Part shown: piece by piece, positions 14,560 to 24,905 of the stretch
Layout: the number at the start of each line of letters is the position of its first letter
Numbering within the stretch: position 1 is the first letter of the stretch
Assembly: GCA_002269645.1 (NCBI GenBank)
Contig: NIVC01002839.1
Location: 62,001 to 126,000 of the forward strand
DNA from: Macrostomum lignano
Lineage: Eukaryota
DNA length: 64,000 nt
Direction of reading: 5' to 3'
Program-made: the position numbers and the translations under genes
The notes under the pieces: model-generated
The model's database searches: none
Told to the model about the DNA's origin: nothing
Seen by the model: the letters and a program-made list of their open reading frames with translations, nothing else

Positions 14560-15585
14560 TGGTTCTGGCGCATCGGGCACTGGGCACTGCGGTGACCGGG
14601 CTGTCCGCAGCCGTAGCAGATTGTAGTCTTCGCCGGCGGGCTGTTCTTCTGCTGTTGGTCACGCTGCACCAGGTGATCAAGCAGTCGCTGCTGCTTCTCG
14701 ATCAAGTCGGTTAGAGTTAGCAAGGCTTGGGCGGTGACGTCGGGCTTCGGGTCGCCGTCCTGCTCCCCGTCCAACATCCTAACCGGGGGTTGAGCAGATC
14801 GGTGCGCCAATTCTTTGGCGCCTTCTAGTCGTCGTAGCTCTCGAATCGCAGCAAGAAGATTGTTCGGGCGAACCCAGTACAGCCGTTCACGCAGATCTGG
14901 AGTCGTCCGGATACCAGCAAGAAATTGATCAGTAATCTCCTTCTCGCGGTCTTCAGGATGCATTCGGGATATGCACGTTCACCAGAGTTCTCAGGGCGTC
15001 AGCGAACTCTTCTGCTGACTCATTCTTGCCTTGTTGACGACGTCGCAACAGTTCTCGATACTCATCAGCACCACCATGACGGGCAAATCGCTCAATAAGA
15101 CGCTGCTTGACCTCCTCGTAGCTGGCGAAACGCGGAAGATTCATACCAAGCAAGGAAGGATACGCAGTAGCCAAATCAAGACTCGCGATGAGGTGTTGCT
15201 TCATCTCGAACGGGTCGACGATGCGCTCCATCTCGCAACGCTGCTCGAACGCGGCAAGCCAGACGTGAATGTCCTGACTTGGAGTAAACTTCACAATTTT
15301 AACTTGTTTACTTACAGGCCGCTCCATCTGCTGCTGCAGAGCTGCCATCATGGTCCTGACGTCTTGGTGCGTGATGTTCCGGCCGATGTTGTCCAGGCCT
15401 TGCAGAAGCTCGTCTGGCGGGTCGTCGGACGCGTCGCTTCTGGCACCTCGCCTCGGCGTCGGCTGCTGACCGAAGTCGTTGATCGCTGCTGCTGCTGCGG
15501 CGGCGTCTCCGGCCGCAGGCCTCGAACTGCTGATGTGCTGATCCGGCCGGCTGCTGCACCGGCTTTCGTCTCGCTCGTTGAACAT
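14412..15585 (-). CDS. gag: gag with CCHC zinc knuckle; one frame break near 14960
   Basis: First ATG after the PBS at 15585 (MFNERD...); capsid-like WLAAFE...RRRQQGKNESAEEFADALR; CYGCGQPGHRSAQC. Confidence 0.85.
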
Positions 15586-15656
15586 GTTGAACTCGTCGTA
15601 GTCGCTGGCCGAAGTCGTTCTCGAAAGAGCGGTTGGCTTGGGTGTGTCGTAGTCGG

Positions 15657-15674
15657 ATCCCACCGCTGCCACCA
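15657..15674 (-). other. Primer-binding site complementary to the tRNA-Leu 3' end
   Basis: Minus strand TGGTGGCAGCGGTGGGAT, 1 nt from the 5' LTR; complement of ATCCCACCGCTGCCA+CCA, the recalled 3' end of metazoan tRNA-Leu(AAG/TAG). Confidence 0.88.
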
Positions 15675-15675
15675 G

Positions 15676-16735
15676 TGAAATAGATAGCGTTTTTCTCGGG
15701 GTGGCCTGGTAGGTCTTTGAATCCCACCGCTGCCACCAGTGAAGTACAATGGGTTTTCTTCCCGGTTTAGGCCCTTGCGGATTACCTTAATCTTGAGTCT
15801 CTTCAGTGGGAAGTTCTCTCAACTCTCTCAGTAGCGTAGGTAGTGCTGCCACCAGTTCCTTCAGGTCTCGGCCTTCGATAAGGTGAGCTTCCCGTCGGAA
15901 CGAAATAAACAAGTCAACGAACTCAGCACAGTGTGCAGATTTGCAGATTAATGAACAAGGCGTCCTGATCAGCAGATCCCCGCCGGGCTCAGGGGTGGCT
16001 GGGAAGGCAGTGTTAGCCTCCCTTAGGCTTGGGCTTTAGTGGGGTCTCAGTCAGACCAGTACAAACGGATTCAGTACGCAAAGGGCACTTAGTTAGACAC
16101 TGACGCACACGGGTTCTTAGTGAATTCTCCGCAGATAAGAAGCCAAAATCCTTGACGGAAACAAGGGGAGAGGGGTCCTATTTATAGCCGGGAAACACCC
16201 ACGCACAAGACCTCGTGACTTGTTCTATTTTTAGAACTGACGTCACTTGAGATCTCGAGGCAGGGTCTCAGTGCGCGCAAGACCTCGTGACTCGTTCTAT
16301 TTTTAGAACTGACGTCACTTGAGGTCTCCGGCCAGAGTACACGCGGCTGTGACTCAGTTGCTATTTTTAGCAACATGAGTCACTCCTCTCCTTAGAGAAG
16401 GGAGGGTTCCGAAAGCACGTGATTCTCCCGGTAAACAGGGCCAACGAGTGCAGTAAACATGTTTACTGCACTTTAGGACTCGAAGAACGCAGAGTCTGTC
16501 ATGTGACTTGCTCACATGACAGAGGAAAACGGGACGGGAACGAAACAGAGACAGCCCACAGCAGAGAAGCTGAGGGCTGAGAACAGAGACGCAGAAGGGC
16601 AGAACAGGCCAAGGGCAGCAACAGACGGGCCAAGGGGGGTGGGAAGCTGACCAGCGGCAGACAGCAACCCAGGGCGAGGGCGAGGGAGACTGCTGACAAA
16701 GTGGGACGCCTAACATCAACTAGCGGATCACTACA
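15676..16735 (-). repeat. 5' LTR (1060 bp)
   Basis: Copy of 7677-8735. Confidence 0.96.
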
Positions 16736-16739
16736 CACC

Positions 16740-17058
16740 GAGTGCTCAAACCTTCGCGGATTCATGTGCGAATACGTCGCCCCCAAGTCAACTGTTCCGG
16801 CTTTCAAGCTGGCCGTCTGGAAACGGACCCAGTTCAAACGGACCAGCTACAACTACGACGCTAACTACACTGTACTGCTTCAAGGACGTCGAAGTGGACA
16901 GCGTGATTGAATGCGCCGCCGCTGCAACCAGCGAGGGCAGCACCAGGCGGGCTCTGTTCAACACGATGACTAAGAAGTGCCGTCTGCTGCAGTTCACGGA
17001 TGCCCAGGTTGATGAATGGATTGAGACTGGCGCCAACTGGGTCAAGTTCAGCGTCTGA
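16740..17058 (+). pseudogene. C-type lectin gene, 3' part: end of CTLD plus PAN/apple-like segment; frameshift near 16870
   Basis: ECSNLRGFMCEY completes the CTLD; shifted frame gives YCFKDVEVDSVIECAAAA...LFNTMTKKCRLL...VKFSV*. Confidence 0.75.
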
Positions 17059-17299
17059 AGATCTACCTGAATATGAGCAGGAATCGATCAAAAAAATTAA
17101 CTCTTTTTAAGCAGCAGATTTTTAATCAACACAAATATAACCAACTAGCCTAAAAAAACGATTTTCGTTTGCAATAACAACCCGACGAGTTTAGAGTTTT
17201 TCAAAAATAAAGTTAAGATTGTTAGCTATACTACTTTAAAGCGTAAATATCAGACCTGAGGATTATTGGTTGTTCCTCAATCTATCAGATCTATCAATC

Positions 17300-17548
<249 letters not shown>

Positions 17549-17582
17549 ATTGAGCTACTGGCTTTATTACTCAATCCGCTAA

Positions 17583-18410
17583 TCATTGGCAATCACGGGA
17601 AGCTGGTGCTGCAGAGAGATCCGGTGGTGCCAGCGTCCGCAGCGCGTTCCTCCCCCTCGATTTCAGGAGGTGGATGGTTGCTCTCTCGGTAGCCCTTCGG
17701 TAACAGACGAGCTGGCAGAGATTCTGGGGCCTGAAAAAGTCTGGAGAGGTCCGGGTTTCTTGGGCCAAGGCAGTCACAGAGGCAGAATGGTCATTCCTTA
17801 ATTTGAGGATCTTTCCGTGAAGGTAGCGATGCCTGGCAGAAGCGGTGTAATTTCCTATTTGAAACAATTATTACACCTGCTTTTTCGAGAGCCAGACAAA
17901 TTTTACATCTATTCAAGCCTACAAACTCCCTAGCTAACCTAACAACAAACATATTGCCCTGGCATACACTACTAACACTTTTAAACCCCAGAGAGAATTA
18001 TCTCCGTAGATCTACAATACAACTAAAAAATAGACGCTCGAATATTGCATAATTTTCACTGAACAATATGTGATGAATGATTTCAGAAAGCAATAAAAAA
18101 TTAAAACTTTTCAGTAAGTTAAAACTAATTATTAATGCGCATACGATGCCGTAATTGTGCATTTCAAAATTTTATAAAGTCGTACCTCTTGGAGATAAAA
18201 TAATATTTTTTAGAGTTTCAGTTGTTTTTTAAGTTGACCATGAGCACCATTTATGTGCAGATTCCCTGCAGTTGTCATCGATCCTTGACATCAGAAGGTA
18301 GTCTGCCATCTTTGTCAGGAGCACACTTCCGATTGTAGAATTCTTCACTTAAAGAAGTAGGCATTGCGTTTGAAGTTGCCTGATATTTATCAACAATTTC
18401 CTAAACTTTA
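17583..18410 (-). pseudogene. Unassigned exon-like coding remnants (about 18250-18410 and 17583-17850)
   Basis: AG acceptors at both starts, coding-like composition, AATAAA at 17563-17568; no stop-free joined frame and no family recognised. Confidence 0.3.
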
Positions 18411-18443
18411 ATACGGCTTAAAAGTAAATACTCGACAAAGAAT

Positions 18444-19005
<562 letters not shown>

Positions 19006-19143
19006 TGTCTACTCCCATCTTGGAAGGATAAATTTTTAATAACTGGAAGTGGAACGGACCTGGGCAAACTGTAAATAAGTTTCCATACTGTTGGCATTGG
19101 TAAACGGCCGGATCGCAGGTGTCTATCAGCTCTCTGCAGCCTG

Positions 19144-19481
19144 TTAATTTTCGCCGCGCACCGCAGCCCAGCCGATGGTGTCAACAATTTCAGCTAAACT
19201 GGGCACTCGACCGTCGAATATGCCGAACTTGTACCGACGATGCCCGCCAATAACGTACACGTCGAATATGTTGGTGTCGAATTCCGTACCCGAGGCCAAC
19301 ACAGGCGTGAAGGTCACCGCGGGAATGGGAAGAATTCGTATTCAGTAAGTCGCTGCCGGATTTGGGCCATGCGATCGGCATAGTTGTGCATGTCGGTGTA
19401 GTGAACGTACACGTGTACCGGGAAGAATACGCGATGCACAGAGACGGCCTGCTGGGCAGCGGAAGAGGCTGTGAAGTCCAT
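19144..19481 (-). CDS. Coding segment with possible Rdx-family (SelW/MIEN1-like) fold; one frameshift near 19328
   Basis: Reconstructed VYVHYTDMHNYADRMAQIRQRLTEYEFFPIPAVTF...TNIFDVYVIGG...GRVPSLAEIVDTIGWA; strongly coding-like codon usage; similarity judged by eye only. Confidence 0.4.
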
Positions 19482-19649
19482 TGTAGGCAAGGGGGCCTTT
19501 TTGGATTCGGACAAAACTTTTAGATAAGTTTAGTGTCTGCCATCCTACCTTAGCGACTATTTTTAGTCTATGCCATAGACAGCGATGTACACAGTTAAGT
19601 AATTTGAATGAGAATCTCCGTGGGGTAATTAATACACCAAATGTTTGTC

Positions 19650-19965
<316 letters not shown>

Positions 19966-20748
19966 AACTATAATATTCTGCCCGTAAATACGCGCGAAGT
20001 TTTGAAAACTATCTATACGCATGCCTAAAGCTTTTAAGTATGTTGAAACGCTACGATTCCTGGTTGCAAGTAGGAAGCTCCGCAAGTGGATCTTGGATTC
20101 CCCATATGAGTATCTGATCTTGACTACTGCGGTCTCCTTACACTTAGGAAAGCGACAAGGTCTGTACAATATCCTAGCGCGGATATTTGTGGTAAATCCC
20201 TTTTTACTGTGTACTCCCTGTGAAACAGGCTGTGAAACAAGTTAGGTCGTCGATGTTTTCTTAGAACTTCGAAGCTCTCCCAGCGCGTCCACATCGTCGG
20301 ATTCAGGCTCACCTGGCGTGAATACCATAGAAAGTGAAGACAAGATTGCAGCTTCTCGTCTCGTAAGTCGTACACTCACAGAATACCACAGAATGCTCAA
20401 TGGATTCAAGTAGAATGCGTCTCGAATTAAAACACCATAGATGCTACTCTTCCTGTGAACATTTATAAGTAGTTGTAACTAATTGATAACATTAAAGTAG
20501 CAGTTTACTGCTTGTGCGAGCTCCTAGAGCAGCCGGTGTAATTGAAATTATGCAATTGTTATAAAACTTAAGTGGCAAGATCTTATGGTGGTTAACAATC
20601 ACTCATCCAGTATTGGATTCCATACCGCATAAGCAAAAAACTGTAAACAATTTGACTTAAGAACAATAAAAGGTTCATAAATGGAAAGAATGTAAAGTAC
20701 ACTTATGCAGCGCTTAAGTAAACAAATTCAAAATTGAAAACAATGTAC

Positions 20749-21255
20749 TTGGGGATAAGGTTGAGGATCGTGAAGCGCAGCAGAAGCAGGACTGCAAGGG
20801 TCTGGCCGTGCCGACACTCTTCGAACTAACGGTGGCTTTCGTTTTCGTTCAACCGAGGAGCGTCCTTGTAAAGGTTCAATGCAGGATATGCACTGCTTAA
20901 AAGGCGCGTTCCCGGCTCGCGACGTTGATTTGGGCAGGTGTACATATCATCCCTGAAGTGTTAACTGCACACAACCGCTCTCTTCCATTTGTGTTCGTTT
21001 GCTTTTCCCAGGAGGTCAGCTCGAAACAATCGCCGAGCCCAGTCTTCGCACCTGAAAGATGCAAGAGTTTGAACACTAAAGTGATTCTAAAATCAAAAAA
21101 GAAAACTCATACCACAGGAGTCAACTATGTGTTCTCTGAACTACATACCTTGCACTGTCTCCAGAAGGAAATGCATGAAATCGCGTCAAATGCGGGCACT
21201 TGTAGGCATAGGAATTGCAGCCATAAGCTGCGCACTGGGCTCGAGATTTTGTCAT
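20749..21255 (-). pseudogene. THAP zinc-finger gene (exons 21149-21255 and about 20749-21051) with in-frame stop and frameshift; absent from ORF track
   Basis: MTKSRAQCAAYGCNSYAYKCPHLTRFHAFPSGDSAR|CEDWARRLFRADLL...VVCS*HFRDDMY...TRLLSSAYPALNL is the C2CH THAP signature; GT-AG intron 21052-21148; TAA at 20961-20963; KRKPPLVR follows in a shifted frame. Confidence 0.85.
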
Positions 21256-21367
21256 GATAGCACCGCACTGCTCTTCGCCTCAGAATAAAATAATGTTGTT
21301 GATCTACGACGTATGATTATTAAAAAAACAGAAGACAAAAATCACAAGCCCATGCGAGTGATATCGT

Positions 21368-23242
21368 CTATGGTGATTCTTCTCCATACTACTTTCCCAC
21401 AGCTTCACAGGAAGAGTAGCACAAAGCGAAAATTCCATTGAGATTTTTTCTTCAGGGCGGCTGAAGTATACATTCTCCTCCTTTTCCCAGTGTGGCTATG
21501 GAAAAGTAAGTCCGAGGATGCATTTCTCAGGCCGAGGCGAAGCCGAGGCCTTGAGAATATCATCCGAGGACTTTCTTTTCCATAGACATATTTGGAAAAA
21601 GGAGGAGAATGTATACTTAACCTACTGAAAGCAAAATACGCATCAATATCCAGTACAGTTAGTCTATGGCACAAGCTATGTGACTGACTGGCTAAAGTGT
21701 TATAAATCGTCTACCTAGATGGAGCACTGAGCAGTCCATCCATTTGCATATATAATAGAACCATGGAAGACGACTTAGATCTAGTGCTACGATATTTTGA
21801 AAGTAAAGAATCCGCTGCAACGAATCCTGCTGCTGGTAGTGATCGATTCGCTACGCTCTCGACTGACGAAATACATGGGAAGCTGGACGCTGCTATCCCA
21901 CCAAATACGCGAAGGAAGGAACTATGGGCTGTAAGAATTTTTGACCAGTGGTTTGACACAATCGAATTCTACATGGTGATACAACTGGCCTTCTCGTGTT
22001 GAAGGAGCGTCATGAATGGAACGCTTGCGATTGGAACTATCTATTAAAGATGTTCATTCTCGAGGTGCGAAAAGTCGATGGCACTAAATACAATGCTACG
22101 ACCCTTAGGGACATATTTTCCATGATGCAACACTATCTGCAGTACACGCTCAAGAAAGAACTGAATCTCTGGAAGGACGCTGCGTGCAGGGATGCAAGAA
22201 TGGCATTGGATGCTGCCATGAAAGAAGCTACTAGAGAGGGCCTAGTTCCGGGGACAAATGCGTCTAGCCGAATTCCCGCAACTCTGGAGGAGGAGTTGTG
22301 GCAGAAAGGACGTCTTGCAACAACGTCGCCGAAATTACTGCTGTTTACGCTTGTGTTCTACCTTGGCAAGCAGTTCGCTTTGCGTGGAGGCACGGAGCTG
22401 CATGGTCTGAGATATAGCTGTGAGATCCAGTTGCAGCATGAAGACGGTCAAGAACTTCTAGTTTACTGTGAGAACAGAGCCACGAAGACCAACAACGCTG
22501 GCATAAAGCGACGTTTTGTTCCATTGAAAACCGTTAAAGCATCTCATACTGCTGATCATGATATATGTCTACCCTGCATCTACAAGCTGTATGTGGACAA
22601 AAGACCGGAAAACTGTACGGTTCAGAATTTGTTCCTGGCTTGGATGCGTAGCGATGCCAGCATCCAGCAAGGCAGGTGGTACCAAAACGCACCCGTCGGC
22701 CGGCACAGCTTCGACGGTATTGTTCGTGAATTAACGGCTCCCCTAACTGGAGTGACTGAGAGGTACACTAATCAGTCTCTACGCAAGACTTGCGCAAGTA
22801 CTCTACACCGTGCTGGCTTTGCTAGAGAGGACATCGCTCGTGTTACAGGACACTCTTCGACAGCTATTGAGCGCTATATTCAGTTTGACGTACAAGACCA
22901 TGTTAAAGTATCGCATGCTCTTCAATCTGGTGGTCAGTCATCAAGTCTGTCTATTGACACCGAGCCTGAACGCTCTGTTGAAGCTATGGAACAAAGTAAC
23001 GTAGACTGCTAATCCTGCAAAGAAAATGAGGCTTAACATCAATGGTAACACCAACACCGTTGAAATCGTTTTCGAGTGAGTGCTTACAAGACGCTTCTAA
23101 ATCTTACTATTTGAACTTCCTGTTGTTGGTTTACATATGTTAAATACAACTGTTTATAGCAGGACTGAGAACTATTTCTCAGGCCTCGTTTGGGGACTGA
23201 GAAATGGTTCTCAGTCCTCCTACAACCGATAAATTACCATAG
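21368..23242 (+). mobile_element. Crypton-like tyrosine-recombinase element; boundaries provisional
   Basis: YR gene flanked by long hairpins at 21464-21618 and 23161-23218 and an outer inverted pair CTATGGTGATT (21368-21378) / AATTACCATAG (23232-23242). Confidence 0.6.
21763..23079 (+). CDS. Tyrosine recombinase of the Crypton/DUF3504 (KCTD1, ZMYM, QRICH1-related) type; frameshifts near 21958 and 23005
   Basis: RFATLS..IPPNTRRKELWAVRIFDQW; LKMFILEVRKVDGTKY; EEELWQKG; catalytic candidates LRGG, TKT, TNQSLR, TGH, ERY. Confidence 0.88.
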
Positions 23243-23649
23243 AAAAATATATCTATTATATTATACTATTATACGTATGTATATTGAGAATTTTTTCCAA
23301 TGCTCGACCAATGCCTTACGCAATGCCAGATTTTTGCGCTCAGGCACCGAACTGAGACTTAAACGGAGTTACAAGTATACAATTATCTGTGAATAAGTAA
23401 AATTAACAGTTCACTACGGAAAGACTGGACTTGGTTAAATTAAAAACGTTCAATAAGACAAAGTTTATAGTTCTACTGAGATCTTAAACAGAGGGTAAAT
23501 ATAATTGGTGTTATATTTTTGTAAAACTGCTGATCAAGTCAATAGTTTTGCCATCAGGAGTCCGAGTTCAGAGTGAGTTGTCGTCAGTGCCAGCGAGTCT
23601 CAAGCTTTGATGAAGCGAGTTGGGTCTGAGATGTGGCTGCGGTTTACAT

Positions 23650-23844
23650 TTAACCAAGCCTAACCCTGACCCTAGCCCTGATGAACTTCTTGGCGTTGTG
23701 AACGGCCTCCTCCGACATGCTGGACTCGTCCACGTTGGACAGAGCCTCCAGATCGGCCATGGCCTCAGCCTTCTCCTCCTGGGTGGGCTCGGCGACAGCC
23801 AGGGCTGCGCACAGCAAAAGTCCGAGAGCGAGTTGCCACTTCAT
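23650..23844 (-). CDS. Small secreted protein, possibly only the first exon
   Basis: Clear signal peptide MKWQLALGLLLCAALAVA followed by an acidic helix and KKFIR; GC3-rich codons. Confidence 0.6.
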   Translation of the reverse strand: MKWQLALGLLLCAALAVAEPTQEEKAEAMADLEALSNVDESSMSEEAVHNAKKFIRARVRVRLG

Positions 23845-24905
23845 AATTGCTTGAGTAGGATTGATATTCGAGTGTTTGAGCTAAGTCGAGTCTGGAGCTT
23901 GTTATCTTGAGCAGTTGGCAGATGCGAATTTATGCGCATCGGATTGGCACGTGTTTCCGCGGTCGGAGCAGCGGCGTTGGCTGAGTTGAAAGCGTTCGTG
24001 TGAGCAGGGCGGAGCAGAGACTGTACGGCTTGTCTATATGTTTAACAGGCAGAATTTGTTTGCTAGATGACCTATGCAATCAAATGGTATCTTGAGTTTT
24101 CTTATAACTCTTTATGACTTTTATTGACACTTCGCATGCATAGTAAATTTGAATGACAGTCGCTCAGGCAGTTGCACAGAATTAGGATGTCAGTAAAACC
24201 GTGACTTCAATTGTGACGTAACAACCCTTGAGTTGTCAGGGGTATTCTTGAACTCCACTCCCAGACTCCCAGCTGTGGAGACATTCTTGAGACTTCTTGA
24301 CATTTCTAACTTGCATTTTAAGCTTGTAAAGCAACACTTTGCGATGAAACGTCAGATTTATTCTCCAAAAATAACGAGCATGAAGTCATGTAACATACTA
24401 CAACAACACAAACTTCGTGGTTTTTCGTAAACTACAAAGCGTTGCTTTACGCTCAAATTTGTCACAGACAAAATGTTCTGCTTTGCCCATAGGGTCAACA
24501 GTCTGAAAGGGGGGATCCTCATGTTTTTGGCGTATTCCCAGCTACAGCCTTTTGAAACTAGACTGTCTCTTTTTGATAGTAGTATTTGAAGTTGTTGTTT
24601 TATATACTGGCATTCCTCAAGTTCAAAAGCCTCTCTCTCTCAGAGCGACTCTCTGTCTGCGAAGATCCACAGGACTAACAAATGCTCTAAAAATAGTAAC
24701 AGTCTCCTGTGCAAACCGTCTATGGCCGCTGGCTTAGGTAATTTCGATTGAAAATCGAAGTCTGTGTCCCTCAGCTAAGCCGTACAGTACCACATCACAT
24801 CAAGCCGAGCGAAAACAAGCCTCGAGCAACGCCGAAATTTCAATCGAAAACTTCGAAATCATCAATTGCACTTTAGCTAACCAAAGCAATTCAAAGTTCG
24901 ACACA

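Larger units (their letters stand above)
7677..16735 (-). mobile_element. Full-length Ty3/Gypsy LTR retrotransposon (9059 bp) with 4-bp TSD CACC
   Basis: Two near-identical LTRs with TG...CA ends; CACC at 7673-7676 and 16736-16739; PBS, PPT, gag with zinc knuckle, and domain order PR-RT-RNaseH-IN. Confidence 0.97.

Noticed and set aside
9271-15678. Plus-strand ORFs over the retrotransposon, including 15031-15678 and 10842-11372
   Set aside because: Antisense shadows of GC-rich gag/pol with no recognisable domains; an env-like ORF is not supported.
17590-17850. In-frame TGA in KE*PFC as a selenocysteine UxxC motif
   Set aside because: Context is not thioredoxin- or glutaredoxin-like, no convincing SECIS downstream, and neighbouring segments contain ordinary stops.
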